In this document: one piece after another, positions 45,886-58,855 of the stretch
How positions within the stretch are numbered: position 1 is the stretch's first letter
How the letters are laid out: each line of letters opens with the position of its first letter
Source: Candidatus Binatia bacterium
Lineage (GTDB): Bacteria > Desulfobacterota > Binatia > UBA9968 > JAJDTQ01
DNA length: 64,000 nt
Reading direction: 5' to 3'
Assembly: GCA_963666515.2 (NCBI GenBank)
Contig: OY762897.2
Coordinates: 2,944,001-3,008,000 of the forward strand
Notes under the pieces: generated by a model
Told to the model about the DNA's origin: nothing
The model's input: only the letters and a program-made list of their open reading frames with translations
The model's database searches: none
Made by a program: the position numbers and the translations under genes

Positions 45886-47313
45886 TCACCGCCTACTCAC
45901 CGCCTCGAACAAATGCAACTGCGGCGTCTTCCCGTTGTCGTCCGCCCGCACGGGGTAGTTGGCGGTGAAGCAGGCGTCGCAGTAGCCGGTGTCGTCGCCC
46001 TTGAAGAAGGCGTAGAGGCCCTGGCGGCTGAGGTAGGCGAGGGAGTCGGCGCCGATGAAGGCCTGGATGCCTTCGACGGAGTGGACGGAGGCGATGAGTT
46101 CCTTGTGGGTGGGGGTGTCGATGCCGTAGTAGCAGGGGCTGATGGTGGGAGGGGAGCTGATGCGGACGTGGACTTCGGTGGCCCCGGCCTCCCGCAGCAT
46201 GCGGATGATCTTCTGGCTGGTGGTGCCGCGTACGATGGAGTCGTCCACCACCACCACGCGCTTGCCCTGGAGCACCTCGCGCATGGCGTTGAGCTTGATC
46301 TTGACGCCGAAGTTGCGGATGTGCTGCTGCGGCTCGATGAAGGTGCGGCCGACGTAGTGGTTGCGGATCAGGGCGAGGTCGAGGGGGATGCCCGACTGTT
46401 CGGCGTAGCCGATGGCGGCGGGCACGCCCGAGTCGGGCACCGGGGTCACCAGGTCGGCGTCCACGTGGCTTTCGCGGGCAAGCTGGCGGCCCAGTTCCTT
46501 GCGGTACTGGTAGACGCTGTGGCCGAAGACGTTGCTGTCGGGCCGGGAAAAGTAGATGGACTCGAAGATGCACCGGGCGGGCGGAGTCTCCGGGAAGGGT
46601 CTGAGGGACTCCATGCCCTCCCGGCCGAAGACCAGCACCTCGCCGGGCTCCACCTCGCGCACGTACTCGGCCTCGATCAGGTCCAGCACGCAGGTTTCCG
46701 ACGCCACCACGTAGGACTGGGAGTTGCCGGATCGGGGGAACCGGCCCAGGATCAGCGGCCGGAAACCCGCGGGGTCGCGGGCGGCGATCATCGTGCCGGC
46801 GGTGAGGAATACGAGCGAGTAGGAGCCCTTGACCTGGTGGAGAGCGTCGATGACCCGGTCCGTCAGGGTCTTTTCCCGCGAGGTGGCGATGAGGTGGATG
46901 ATCACCTCGGTGTCGGAGGTGGACTGGAAGATGGAACCGGACTCCTCCAGTTGCTCCCGGAGCTGGTTGGCGTTGATCAGGTTGCCGTTGTGAGACACGG
47001 CGATGGGGCCGTCCGCGTACTCCACCACGAACGGCTGGGCGTTCTTGATGTCGGTTTGCCCGCTGGTGGAATAGCGGTTGTGCCCGATGGCCGAGGTTCC
47101 CTGCAGGTTCTTGATGATGTCCTCTTTGAAGATGTCGGCCACCAGACCCATCTGGCGGTGCGAGATGAGCGCGCCGCCGTCGGACGACACGATGCCCGAG
47201 GACTCCTGGCCGCGGTGCTGCAGCGCGTAGAGCCCCAAGTACACCATGTTGGCGGCTTCCCGGTGGCCATAGACTCCGACCACCGCGCATTCTTCGTGGA
47301 ACTTGTCGAACAT
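45886..47313 (-). CDS. purF: Amidophosphoribosyltransferase
   Basis: EECAVVG, LQHRGQE, GHNRYST, VVVDDSIVRGTT. Confidence 0.98.
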   Translation of the reverse strand: MFDKFHEECAVVGVYGHREAANMVYLGLYALQHRGQESSGIVSSDGGALISHRQMGLVADIFKEDIIKNLQGTSAIGHNRYSTSGQTDIKNAQPFVVEYADGPIAVSHNGNLINANQLREQLEESGSIFQSTSDTEVIIHLIATSREKTLTDRVIDALHQVKGSYSLVFLTAGTMIAARDPAGFRPLILGRFPRSGNSQSYVVASETCVLDLIEAEYVREVEPGEVLVFGREGMESLRPFPETPPARCIFESIYFSRPDSNVFGHSVYQYRKELGRQLARESHVDADLVTPVPDSGVPAAIGYAEQSGIPLDLALIRNHYVGRTFIEPQQHIRNFGVKIKLNAMREVLQGKRVVVVDDSIVRGTTSQKIIRMLREAGATEVHVRISSPPTISPCYYGIDTPTHKELIASVHSVEGIQAFIGADSLAYLSRQGLYAFFKGDDTGYCDACFTANYPVRADDNGKTPQLHLFEAVSRR

Positions 47314-47340
47314 GACGTCCCTGCTACGCAACAAACCCGT

Positions 47341-49550
<2,210 letters not shown>

Positions 49551-49554
<4 letters not shown>

Positions 49555-50255
49555 GCGCCGCTCCCGCGTGCGATCTCAGCGGCCATGGAAGAGAATATCT
49601 TGAGGCCGCTCACGCCGCCGAGGACGGCCTCGGTGGCGTCCTCGGGATGGGGCATCAGCCCGAACACGTTGCGTTGGCGGTTGCAGATGCCGGCGATGCC
49701 GTCCACCGAGCCGTTGGGGTTGGCCTCGTCTGAGACCTCGCCCGCGGCGTCGGCGTAGCGCAGCAGCACCTGCCCGTTGTCGTCCAAATCCCTGAGGGTG
49801 GCGGCGTCGGCGTGGTAGCGGCCTTCGCCGTGCTTCACCGGCATCTCCAGCAACTCGCCGGGTTGCGCCAGACGGGTGAACGGGGAGCGGTTGTCTTCGA
49901 CCCGGAGATGCACCCGCCGGCACACGAAGCGCAGAGAGGCATTGCGGGTCAAAGCCCCGGGCAGCAGCCCGGACTCGCAGAGGATCTGGAAGCCGTTGCA
50001 GATGCCGAGCACCAGCCCGCCGGCCCGGGCGAACTCGACGATGCCCTGCATCACCGGCGAGAAGCGGGCCATGGCCCCGGCCCGCAGGTAGTCGCCGTAG
50101 GAGAAGCCGCCCGGCAGCACGACACCGTCGCAGCCGCCGTCAAAGGGGTCCTTGTGCCAGAGCGTGCAGACGTCCTGCCCGAGCACGTTACGCAGGCAAT
50201 GGACGACATCGTCGTCGTCGCAAGAGCCGGGAAAGACGGCTACGCCCCAACGCAT
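49551..50255 (-). CDS. purQ: FGAM synthase glutaminase subunit
   Basis: [22 protein letters not shown]. Confidence 0.98.
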
Positions 50256-50258
50256 GGG

Positions 50259-50510
50259 CTATTCCGCGGTTCCCGCGATCTCGAAGCGGTAGTCTTCGAT
50301 GACGGGGTTGGCCAGGAGCTTGTCGCACATGCGGCGGGCCTGCTCCTCCGCGTCATCGGCCCCGTCCGCGTCCAGTTGAAGCTCCAGGTACTTTCCCACC
50401 CGCACGTCCTGCACCGCGCCGAAGCCGAGGCTGTGGAGCGAGTTCTGCACCGCCTTGCCCTGGGGGTCCAGGACGCCCTCCTTGAGGGTCACGAAGACTT
50501 TGACGAGCAT
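50259..50510 (-). CDS. purS: FGAM synthase subunit PurS
   Basis: LDPQG, LLANPVIE. Confidence 0.97.
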   Translation of the reverse strand: MLVKVFVTLKEGVLDPQGKAVQNSLHSLGFGAVQDVRVGKYLELQLDADGADDAEEQARRMCDKLLANPVIEDYRFEIAGTAE

Positions 50511-50541
50511 GGTTGGTGCGGACCCCCACCCGCCCCCACCC

Positions 50542-50572
50542 CTGGATTCCGGGTCAAGCCCGGAATGACGGG
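50542..50572. repeat. REP-like palindrome family A variant
   Basis: ctggattccgggtcaagcccggaatgacggg; stem preserved, loop changed. Confidence 0.75.
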
Positions 50573-50601
50573 TGGGTGGGCAGGGGGTTGCAGCAGGCCG
50601 A

Positions 50602-51309
50602 CTAGCTGCCGGTCACCCGGCGGCAGACTTCCTGGTATGCCTCCTCGACGCCGCCCAGGTCGCGGCGGAAGCGGTCCTTGTCCATCTTCTCCAGGGAGCC
50701 CTTCTGCCAGAAACGACACGTATCGGGGCAGATCTCGTCGGCCAGGACGACCTGGTCTCCGCGCTTGCCGAACTCGAGCTTGAAGTCCACCAGGATCAGG
50801 TCCCGCTCGTCGAAGAACGCCGTCATCAGCTCGTTGATGCGGAAGGTGAGACGCTTGATCTCCGCCAACTCCTCCGCGGTGGCATAGCCCAAGGCGAGGA
50901 TGTGGTAGTCGTTGATGATCGGGTCATCCAACTCGTCGCACTTGTAGCAGAACTCCAGGATGGTAGTGGACAGCGACTGCCCCTCCTCCAGCCCCAGCCG
51001 CTTGGCCATGCTGCCGGCGACGATGTTGCGGATGATGACCTCGATGGGCAGCATGTCCAGCTTCCACACCAGCATCTCCCGCTCGTCGAGGCGATCCAGG
51101 AAGTGAGTCGGCACGCCGTTGTCCTCCAGGTGCTTGAACAGCACCTCGGAGATGGCGTTGTTGACGATCCCCTTGGACATCACGGTGCCGAGCTTCTTCT
51201 TGTTGAAGGCGCTGGCGTCGTCCTTGAAGAACTGGATCATCTTGGCGGGATCGTCGGTGGCGTAGAGCTTCTTCGCCTTCCCCTCGTACATGAACTCGCG
51301 CTTTTCCAT
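50602..51309 (-). CDS. purC: SAICAR synthetase
   Basis: YEGKAK, LVDFKLEFG, ADEICPDTCRFW, DKDRFR. Confidence 0.98.
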   Translation of the reverse strand: MEKREFMYEGKAKKLYATDDPAKMIQFFKDDASAFNKKKLGTVMSKGIVNNAISEVLFKHLEDNGVPTHFLDRLDEREMLVWKLDMLPIEVIIRNIVAGSMAKRLGLEEGQSLSTTILEFCYKCDELDDPIINDYHILALGYATAEELAEIKRLTFRINELMTAFFDERDLILVDFKLEFGKRGDQVVLADEICPDTCRFWQKGSLEKMDKDRFRRDLGGVEEAYQEVCRRVTGS

Positions 51310-51365
51310 CTTTCTCCTCGTGCGCGTGCGGCCCCGTATTGAACCCGGTCCGGCGAAGCTGCCGC

Positions 51366-52664
51366 TCACGCTTCGCCGAACACCCTGTCGAAGATCGTTT
51401 CCACGTGTTTGAGGCAGTCCTTGAGATCCCAGATGTCGTCGATCTCCCCTGCGGTCAGGTGCTCCATCACCGCCATGTCTTCCAGGAGCTGCTGCTTGAG
51501 GTCGGTTCCCTCCTTGGCGGCCCGGAGGCCGTGCCGCTGCACGGTCTTGTAGGCCATGTCCCGGGCCATCCCCTTCTCCACCAGGAGCAGGAGCACGCCC
51601 TGGGAGAACACCGCGCCGCCGCTCAACTTCATGTTGCGCTCCATGTTATCGGGGTAAACGCACAGGTTGCGGATCACGTGGGTCATCCGGTGAAGCATGA
51701 AGTGCACCAGGATCGTGGCGTCCGGACCGATGACCCGTTCCACCGACGAGTGGCTGATGTCCCGCTCGTGCCAGAGGGCCACGTTCTCCAGCGCCGACAC
51801 CGAGTAGGAGCGCACCAGCCGCGCCAGACCGCAGACGTTCTCGGTGAGGATGGGGTTGCGCTTGTGGGGCATGGCCGACGAGCCCATCTGCGTCGCCGCG
51901 AACGGTTCCTCGGCTTCCAGCACCTCGGTGCGCTGGAGATGGCGGATCTCCACCGCGAACTTCTCGATGGAGCTGGCGAGCACGGCCAGGACGCTGAAGA
52001 AGTAGGCGTGGCGGTCGCGCTGCACGATCTGGTTCGACACCGGGTCCGGGGTGATGCCGGCGGCCTTGCACACGTACGCCTCCACCTCCGGCGGGACCTG
52101 CGCGTACGTGCCCACGGCTCCGGAGATGATGCCGCAGCCGATCTCGCCGGCGGCGCCCTCCAGCCGCGCCAGGTTCCGGCGCATCTCCTCGTGCCACAGC
52201 GCCATCTTGAGGCCGAAGGTGATGGGCTCCGCGTGGATGCCGTGGGTGCGGCCCATCATCGGCGTGTCCTTGTAGCGGAACGCCTGCTCCCGCAACACCG
52301 AGAGGAACTCCCGCACGGAGTTCAGCAGAAGCTCGCTGGCGTCCTTGAGCTGCAGCGAGAACCCGGTGTCCATGACGTCCGAGGAGGTCATGCCCACGTG
52401 CACGAAGCGGGCGTCGTCGCCGATGGACTCGGCCAGGCAGCGCAGGAACGCGATCACCTCGTGGTGGACCTCGCGCTCGATCTCGCGGATGCGGGCGACG
52501 TCGATACGGGCGTTCTGCCGGATGCGCGCCGGCGCGTCCACCGGAACCTTGCCCATCTCCGCCAAGGCTTCCGTGGCCAGGATCTCGATCTCCAGCCACT
52601 TGTCGAAGCGGTTCTCCTCGGACCATATCCGCGCCATCTCGGGGCGTGTGTAGCGGTCGATCAT
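51366..52664 (-). CDS. purB: Adenylosuccinate lyase
   Basis: MIDRY, GRTHGIHAEP, GSSAMPHKRNP. Confidence 0.98.
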   Translation of the reverse strand: MIDRYTRPEMARIWSEENRFDKWLEIEILATEALAEMGKVPVDAPARIRQNARIDVARIREIEREVHHEVIAFLRCLAESIGDDARFVHVGMTSSDVMDTGFSLQLKDASELLLNSVREFLSVLREQAFRYKDTPMMGRTHGIHAEPITFGLKMALWHEEMRRNLARLEGAAGEIGCGIISGAVGTYAQVPPEVEAYVCKAAGITPDPVSNQIVQRDRHAYFFSVLAVLASSIEKFAVEIRHLQRTEVLEAEEPFAATQMGSSAMPHKRNPILTENVCGLARLVRSYSVSALENVALWHERDISHSSVERVIGPDATILVHFMLHRMTHVIRNLCVYPDNMERNMKLSGGAVFSQGVLLLLVEKGMARDMAYKTVQRHGLRAAKEGTDLKQQLLEDMAVMEHLTAGEIDDIWDLKDCLKHVETIFDRVFGEA

Positions 52665-52697
52665 CTTACACGTGTGCCGTGGGTTGCAAGGGTTTCA

Positions 52698-52748
52698 CGC
52701 CCTTCGACTGCGCTTCGCTGACGCTCCGCCACGCTCGGTGACGAACCG
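52698..52748. repeat. REP-like palindrome family B, degenerate copy
   Basis: cgcccttcgactgcgcttcgctgacgctccgccacgctcggtgacgaaccg. Confidence 0.6.
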
Positions 52749-52776
52749 AAATGGCGCCATCTCGACCGACGGAGCC

Positions 52777-53271
52777 TCACGGCTCGTTGGCATCGTCGGG
52801 AGGGGCCGCCACCGGTTCCTCCGCGTCCGTATGGCCGAACCCGCCGGCTTCCCGCGTCGATGCAGGCAACTCGTCCACTTCCTCCCAGCGCACCCGGGGG
52901 ACCGGCTGCACCACCATCTGAGCGATGCGGTCTCCGTGCCGGATGGTCACGGGCTCCGTGCCCAGGTTGATCATAGCCAGTTGGACCTCGCCGCGGTAGT
53001 CCGAGTCGATGGTGCCGGGGCTGTTCACCAGAGTCACGCCCTGCTTGAGCGCCAGGCCGCTCCGGGGCCGTATCTGGGCTTCGTAACCCGCGGGCAGCGC
53101 CAGCGCGAATCCCGTCGGTATGAGCGCCCGTTCCAGCGGCGCCAGCACGACGTCGTCCTCGAGCGCCGCCGCCACGTCCAGTCCCACCGAGCCGCCGGTC
53201 ATGTACCGTGGCAACGGCACCGCGGCCTTGCCGTGGCGCACCCGCTTGATCTGGACCCTGACTTCGGCCAT
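52777..53271 (-). CDS. dut: dUTP diphosphatase
   Basis: RPRSGLA, GTIDSDYRGE, RIAQ, REAGGFGHT. Confidence 0.97.
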   Translation of the reverse strand: MAEVRVQIKRVRHGKAAVPLPRYMTGGSVGLDVAAALEDDVVLAPLERALIPTGFALALPAGYEAQIRPRSGLALKQGVTLVNSPGTIDSDYRGEVQLAMINLGTEPVTIRHGDRIAQMVVQPVPRVRWEEVDELPASTREAGGFGHTDAEEPVAAPPDDANEP

Positions 53272-53302
53272 GAGCCTGGAGGACTCTGAAACAACTGGAA
53301 CG

Positions 53303-53413
53303 GCGTCCTTCGACTTCGCTCCGCTGACATGGAGCTACGCTCAGGACGAACGGTTGTGGGTACCGTTCGTCCTGAGCGTAGGGAGGCGTCAGCCGACCGA
53401 AGTCGAAGGACGC
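53303..53413. repeat. REP-like palindrome family B, inverted pair
   Basis: gcgtccttcgacttcg...ctacgctcaggacgaacggt / accgttcgtcctgagcgtag...cgaagtcgaaggacgc. Confidence 0.85.
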
Positions 53414-54678
53414 TGTTCCTCCGGGCTGCCGAACGCCAGCCCGTCGACGCTGTGCCCTTCGAGATCGCCCAGCAGGGTGGCGGTCATGGCTTCGGGCACG
53501 AGGGTCTCGCGGGCAAGGGCCGTGACGGCGTCAAGCGTGACGTCACGGACCCCCTGGACGATCTCCTCCACGGAGATCTGCCTTCCGTGGTGCATCTCGC
53601 CGCGGGTCATGTGGGTCATCCACGAATCCGCGGACTCCAGGCCCAGCAGCGTGTTCCCCACGAGCTGGTTGCGGGCCCGATCGAGTTCCTCCCCGGCCAC
53701 CTTCCCCTCGGCGATCTTGAACATTTCCTCGACGGCGAGGTCGATGACCTCCCGGGTCCATTCCGCCCTGGTGCCGACGTAGACGCCGAGATAGCCCGCG
53801 TCACGGTACGCCGACAGAAAGGAATAGACCGAGTAGGCCTTGCCGCGCCGCTCGCGTATCTCCTGGAAGAGCCGCGAGCTCATGCCGCCGCCCAGCAGCG
53901 TGTTGAGCACATGCGCCACGTAGTGCCGGGGGTCGCCGTGGGCCAGCGCCGGCACGCCCAGGCAGACGTGCACCTGCCCCAGTTCCCTGTGATGGACGGA
54001 CACGCCGCGGCCGGTCTCCGGCGGCGCGCCGGCGTCCCCCAACGGCCGCGAAGGCAGCGCGCCGAACTCTCCGGCCACCGCGTCCACCAGGCCGGCATGG
54101 GTCAGATTGCCCGCGCCGGCGATGATGACCCGGCCCGGGAGGTAGCGGTCGCCCATGAAACCCAGCAGGTCGTCCCGGGTGAATCCGGACACCGTGTCCT
54201 TCTCGCCGCACACCGGCCGGCCCAGCGGGTGCTCGCCGAAATAGTCCAGGCTGAAGAGGTCGTGGACGAAGTCTTCGGGGTTCTCGTCCGCGGAGGCGAT
54301 CTCCTGCAGGATCACGGTGCGCTCGCGCTCGATCTCGTCGGGGTCGAACACCGAGTTGAGGAAGATGTCCTTGAGGACGTCGATGGCCAGCGGCAGGTGC
54401 TCGTCCAGCACCTTGGCGTAGTAGCAGGTGGATTCCTTGCCGGTGAAGGCGTTGATGAACCCGCCGACGGAGTCCATCTCCTCGGCGATCCGTTGCGGGC
54501 TGCGCCGCTCGGTTCCCTTGAACAGGAGGTGTTCGAGGAAGTGCGACAGTCCGCCCTGCCGGCGTTCCTCGTGACGGGAGCCGTTCTCCACCCAGACGCC
54601 GAGGCTCACCGCCCGGGTGCCGGGCCGCCGTTCGGTCAGGATTCGGATGCCGTTGTCCAGCAGGGTCTTTTCAAACAT
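53389..54678 (-). CDS. M16 family zinc peptidase
   Basis: HFLEH (HxxEH), NAFT, SSRLFQEIRE; usual position between pnp and dut. Confidence 0.95.
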   Translation of the reverse strand: MFEKTLLDNGIRILTERRPGTRAVSLGVWVENGSRHEERRQGGLSHFLEHLLFKGTERRSPQRIAEEMDSVGGFINAFTGKESTCYYAKVLDEHLPLAIDVLKDIFLNSVFDPDEIERERTVILQEIASADENPEDFVHDLFSLDYFGEHPLGRPVCGEKDTVSGFTRDDLLGFMGDRYLPGRVIIAGAGNLTHAGLVDAVAGEFGALPSRPLGDAGAPPETGRGVSVHHRELGQVHVCLGVPALAHGDPRHYVAHVLNTLLGGGMSSRLFQEIRERRGKAYSVYSFLSAYRDAGYLGVYVGTRAEWTREVIDLAVEEMFKIAEGKVAGEELDRARNQLVGNTLLGLESADSWMTHMTRGEMHHGRQISVEEIVQGVRDVTLDAVTALARETLVPEAMTATLLGDLEGHSVDGLAFGSPEEQRPSTSVG

Positions 54679-54720
54679 CGGAGGGAAGATGGACCTGAGT
54701 TCGGACCGGCGGACTTGGGC

Positions 54721-56820
54721 CTAGACCCGTTCGGACTGCTGCTCTTCCTTGAGGGCCTCTTTGCGGCTGAGCCTGATCTTCCCCTGCCGGTCCACGTCCA
54801 GGACCTTGACCATCAGCTCGTCGCCCTCGTTGAGCACGTCTCTCACCCGGCGCACGTGGTCGTCGGCGATCTGCGAGATATGCACCAACCCGTCGGTGCC
54901 GGGGAGGATCTCGACGAAGGCGCCGAAATCCATCACGCGCCTGACGGTGCCCTTGTAGATCCTGCCGATCTCCACCTCCGCGGCGATTCCCTCGATCATC
55001 TCGATGGCCCTGCGGCTGCCCGCCTCGTCGACGGCCGCCACGGTCACCGTGCCGTCGTCCTGCACGTCGATCTTCGTGCCGGTGGCATCGACGATCCCCC
55101 GGATCACCTTGCCTCCCGGTCCGATGATGTCACGGATCTTGTCCGGCCGGACCTTCAGGGTGGTGATCCGCGGCGCGTGGCGGGAAACCTCCCCGCGCGT
55201 CTCCGACAGGGTGCCGTCCATGATGCCCAGGATGTGCAGCCGCCCTTCCCGGGCCTGGTAGAGGGCCTCCCGCATGATCTCGCGGTTCACTCCGCTGATC
55301 TTGATGTCCATCTGCAGCGCGGTGATCCCGTTACGGGTGCCGGCCACCTTGAAGTCCATGTCGCCCAGGTGATCCTCGTCGCCGAGTATGTCCGTCAGCA
55401 CCCGCACCTCGTCGCCGTCCTTGATCAGGCCCATGGCGATGCCCGCCACCGGCGCCTTGATGGGGACGCCGGCGTCCATCAGCGACAGCGAGCCGCCGCA
55501 GACGCTGGCCATGGAGGTGGAGCCGTTGGACGACAGGACCTCGGAAACCACCCGCAGCGTGTACGGGAACTCGTCCTCATCCGGCAGCACCGCGGCCAGC
55601 GCCCGTTCGGCCAAGGCGCCGTGGCCGATCTCCCGCCGGCCCGGGCTGCGCAGGAACTTGACCTCGCCGGTGCTGAAGGGAGGGAAATTGTAGTGCAGCA
55701 TGAACTTCTTGAACTGCTCGCCGGTGAGCGCGTCGACCCGCTGGGCGTCCTGGGCCGTGCCCAGGGTGGCCACCGCCAGCGCCTGGGTCTCGCCGCGCGT
55801 GAACAGCGCCGACCCGTGCGTGCGCGGCAGCAGGCCGACTTCGCAGGTGATGGGGCGCACGTCCTTGAGCCCGCGCCCGTCGATGCGCTTGCGTTGCTGC
55901 AGCACGAGGTCGCGGAGCTGGAACTTCTCCAAGTCCTTGAAGGCGCCCTTGACCTCCTTCTCGCGCCCGGGGAACTCCTCCGCGCCGGTCGTCATGACGT
56001 CGCCGCCGACCTCGTCGATGCGGGCGTTCCGCTGCTTCTTGTCGGCGATGGTGACGGCTTCCTTGAGCTTGTCCTGGGCGAGTTCCCGCACCCGGGCGGC
56101 CAGCGATTCGTCCCGCACTTCCGGCGGCGGCACCCGCTTGGCCTTGCCGAGCTGGTCCTTGAGCTTCTGCTGCAGGTCGATGAGCGGCTGGATCGCCTGG
56201 TGTCCCTGGAACAGGGCGTCGAGCACGTCCTCTTCGGGGACCATCGAGGCCCCGCCTTCCACCATGACGATGCCGTCCCGGGTGCCGGAGAGGTAGATGT
56301 TGACGTCGCATCGGGGAACCTCGCTCACCAGCGGGTTCATCACCCACTCGCCGCCGATCCGGCCCACCCGGACGCCCGCCAGCGGCCCCTGGAACGGGAT
56401 GTCGGATATCTCCAGCGCCACCGAAGCGGCGAGCATGGACACCATGTCGGTGTCGTTCTCGCCGTCAGCGGACAGCACGGTAACGATGATCTGGGTCTCG
56501 GCCTTGAGCCCGCCGGCGAACAGCGGGCGGATGGAGCGGTCGATGAGGCGGCAGGTGAGGATTTCCTTTTCCGACGGTCGTCCCTCACGCTTGAAGAAGC
56601 CGCCGGGGATGCGTCCGGCGGCGAAGGTCTTTTCCTGGTAGTCGACGGTCAGCGGGAAGAAGTCGATGTCTTCCCGAACGTCCTTGGAGGCCACCGCGGT
56701 GGCGATGACGACGGTCTCGCCGAAACGCACCAGCGCGGCGCCGTCGGCCTGCTGGGCCACCTTGCCCAGGTCGATGCATAGAGGCCGGCCGCAATAATCC
56801 AACTCGATCTTTGTGTGCAT
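54721..56820 (-). CDS. pnp: Polyribonucleotide nucleotidyltransferase
   Basis: [29 protein letters not shown] and S1 domains. Confidence 0.99.
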   Translation of the reverse strand: MHTKIELDYCGRPLCIDLGKVAQQADGAALVRFGETVVIATAVASKDVREDIDFFPLTVDYQEKTFAAGRIPGGFFKREGRPSEKEILTCRLIDRSIRPLFAGGLKAETQIIVTVLSADGENDTDMVSMLAASVALEISDIPFQGPLAGVRVGRIGGEWVMNPLVSEVPRCDVNIYLSGTRDGIVMVEGGASMVPEEDVLDALFQGHQAIQPLIDLQQKLKDQLGKAKRVPPPEVRDESLAARVRELAQDKLKEAVTIADKKQRNARIDEVGGDVMTTGAEEFPGREKEVKGAFKDLEKFQLRDLVLQQRKRIDGRGLKDVRPITCEVGLLPRTHGSALFTRGETQALAVATLGTAQDAQRVDALTGEQFKKFMLHYNFPPFSTGEVKFLRSPGRREIGHGALAERALAAVLPDEDEFPYTLRVVSEVLSSNGSTSMASVCGGSLSLMDAGVPIKAPVAGIAMGLIKDGDEVRVLTDILGDEDHLGDMDFKVAGTRNGITALQMDIKISGVNREIMREALYQAREGRLHILGIMDGTLSETRGEVSRHAPRITTLKVRPDKIRDIIGPGGKVIRGIVDATGTKIDVQDDGTVTVAAVDEAGSRRAIEMIEGIAAEVEIGRIYKGTVRRVMDFGAFVEILPGTDGLVHISQIADDHVRRVRDVLNEGDELMVKVLDVDRQGKIRLSRKEALKEEQQSERV

Positions 56821-56888
56821 ATGTATCCCCTCTAGGGTAGTGGGGGCTGAAGAGAAGAACGCGGGAAGGGACACCCGCGGCGGGGCAT

Positions 56889-57158
56889 CTATCGGCGGAT
56901 ACCCAGCCGCTGGATCAAAGTCTGATACCTCTGAACATCCCTCTTCTTGAGATAATCCAGAAGCCGCCGCCTTTTTCCGACGAGCTTGAGCAGGCCCATC
57001 CGCGTGTGATGGTCCTTCTTGTGAGTTCTCAGATGCTCTGTCAGGTAAACGATGCGGTGGCTGTGAATGGCGACCTGCACCTCAGGCGAACCGGTGTCGG
57101 TGTCGTGGAGTCTGAATTTCCTGATCGTCTCGCTGGTCTGCTCCCGAGCTGATTCCAT
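56889..57158 (-). CDS. rpsO: 30S ribosomal protein S15
   Basis: [25 protein letters not shown]. Confidence 0.98.
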   Translation of the reverse strand: MESAREQTSETIRKFRLHDTDTGSPEVQVAIHSHRIVYLTEHLRTHKKDHHTRMGLLKLVGKRRRLLDYLKKRDVQRYQTLIQRLGIRR

Positions 57159-57240
57159 CTGACCCTTTTCTTTCTCCCTTTTTCAATATTTCACAAGTTT
57201 TGTAGCACACGGGTCCCGGCCGTGTAAAGCTGCCCGCTCA

Positions 57241-58158
57241 TCAGGAATCGTTGAGGACGCGCAGGAGCCGCCATGCCTCTGACGCCTTCTCCCACCCGAT
57301 CAGCGCCGCCAGGCGGCCTTCCGGGTCCACCACCCGGCGGGTGGTCTCGCCGGCCGCGGCCTTCTCGACCCCGGCGAGGGCGCTCTGAAGGCCGCGCCGG
57401 AGCCGCTCCACCGCGGCGGCGTCCAGGGTCGCGCACCCCAGGTGCGCGAGGGCGTCGTTCAGAGGCACCAGCGGGACCGCCGCGGCGTCCGCGAGCGCTT
57501 CGAGATCGTCCAGGGCCACGGCGTCGGCGATGCGGAACGGGCCGGAGGCCACCCGGCGGAGACGGCTGAGGTAGGCGCCGCATCCCAGGGACCGTCCGAT
57601 GTCCGCGGCCAGAGTCCTGACGTAGGTGCCCTTGGAACAGGCCAGCTCGAACTCCAGCTCGGCCGGGCCCACCCGCGTGAGCCGTTCGATCTCCACCCGG
57701 ACGCGGCGCGGCTCGCGGCCCACCTCCATTCCCTTGCGCGCCAGCTCGTAGAGCCGCGAACCGTCCTTCTTGAGCGCCGAGTACATCGGCGGCACCTGTT
57801 GGAGGCAGCCGCTGAACTCGCGGCGCAGGGATTCGATCTCGCGCGGGCCGATATCCGGTGCGTCGCGCCGGGACAGCAGCGTGCCGGTGCGGTCCTGGGT
57901 GTCGGTCTCCGCCCCCAGCGTGATGGCGCCGGTGTAGCCCTTGTCCGCGTCCAGGAAATACTGCGCGACCTTGGTGCCCTCGTTGACCGCCAGCGGCAGC
58001 AGGCCGGACGCGAACGGGTCCAGGGTGCCGAGGTGGCCGACCTTGCGCGCGCCGGTGATCCGTTTCGCCGCGGCCACCACTCGCGCCGAAGTCGGCCCCT
58101 CCGGCTTGTCCACCAGCAGGATGCCGCTCCTGGAGAGATGCACGGCGTCCCGCCTCAT
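57241..58158 (-). CDS. truB: tRNA pseudouridine(55) synthase
   Basis: DKPEGPTS, GHLGTLDPFASG, QVPPMYSA, CSKGTYVR. Confidence 0.97.
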   Translation of the reverse strand: MRRDAVHLSRSGILLVDKPEGPTSARVVAAAKRITGARKVGHLGTLDPFASGLLPLAVNEGTKVAQYFLDADKGYTGAITLGAETDTQDRTGTLLSRRDAPDIGPREIESLRREFSGCLQQVPPMYSALKKDGSRLYELARKGMEVGREPRRVRVEIERLTRVGPAELEFELACSKGTYVRTLAADIGRSLGCGAYLSRLRRVASGPFRIADAVALDDLEALADAAAVPLVPLNDALAHLGCATLDAAAVERLRRGLQSALAGVEKAAAGETTRRVVDPEGRLAALIGWEKASEAWRLLRVLNDS

Positions 58159-58520
58159 TCCCCGGGTCCCACCGCCTTGAGGAGGTCGTCGATGCGCCGG
58201 GCCCGATCCGGGGCCTCATCGTAGACGAACTCGATGGCCGGGACGAAACGCAGCTTGAGACCGTCGGCGATGCGTCCGCGAATGAAACCCGTGGCCGCGC
58301 GCAGGCCCTGGAGCGCTTCGTCCTTCGGCGGCGCCCCGTCCCGCACCGTGAAGTAGATCCTGGCGTGCTTGAGATCGGCCCTCACGTCCACGCTCGTCAG
58401 CGTCACCCCGGTGAGCCGCGAATCATCGAGCGTGCGCGCCAGCAGCCGGGAGACGAACTCGATCAGCAGGTCGCCGACCCGCTCCGAGCGGGAACCGCCC
58501 GTCTTTCGACGATTTCTCAC
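58155..58520 (-). CDS. rbfA: Ribosome-binding factor A
   Basis: DLKHARIY, LKLRFVPAIEFVYD. Confidence 0.95.
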   Translation of the reverse strand: MRNRRKTGGSRSERVGDLLIEFVSRLLARTLDDSRLTGVTLTSVDVRADLKHARIYFTVRDGAPPKDEALQGLRAATGFIRGRIADGLKLRFVPAIEFVYDEAPDRARRIDDLLKAVGPGE

Positions 58521-58533
58521 GGGTTCCGTCCGC

Positions 58534-58821
58534 CTATTCGTGCAGGATACGGATGTCGGACTCGCCCAGCTCGGCGAGGCCGAGGCGATCCACGAACTCG
58601 ACCACCTGCCGCAACGTGGCCTCGACGATCCGGGCGTTGCTGCCCACGACCCCGAACCCCAGGAGCGCCCGCTGCCACAGGTCCTGGTCGCCGCACTCCG
58701 TTACCGAGATGTTGAACTTGTTGGAAACCCGGGACTGGATCTTCCGCAGGACCGATCTCTTTCCCTTGAGGGAGTGGTTTTCCGGCAGGATCAACGCGAG
58801 CTTGAGAACGCCGACCACCAT
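58534..58821 (-). CDS. DUF503 (YlxP-like) protein
   Basis: HSLKGKRSV, KFNISVTE, QDLWQ; between infB and rbfA. Confidence 0.9.
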   Translation of the reverse strand: MVVGVLKLALILPENHSLKGKRSVLRKIQSRVSNKFNISVTECGDQDLWQRALLGFGVVGSNARIVEATLRQVVEFVDRLGLAELGESDIRILHE

Positions 58822-58855
58822 GCCGCCACCGCCACGCGAAGCGAGGTCGGGAGGA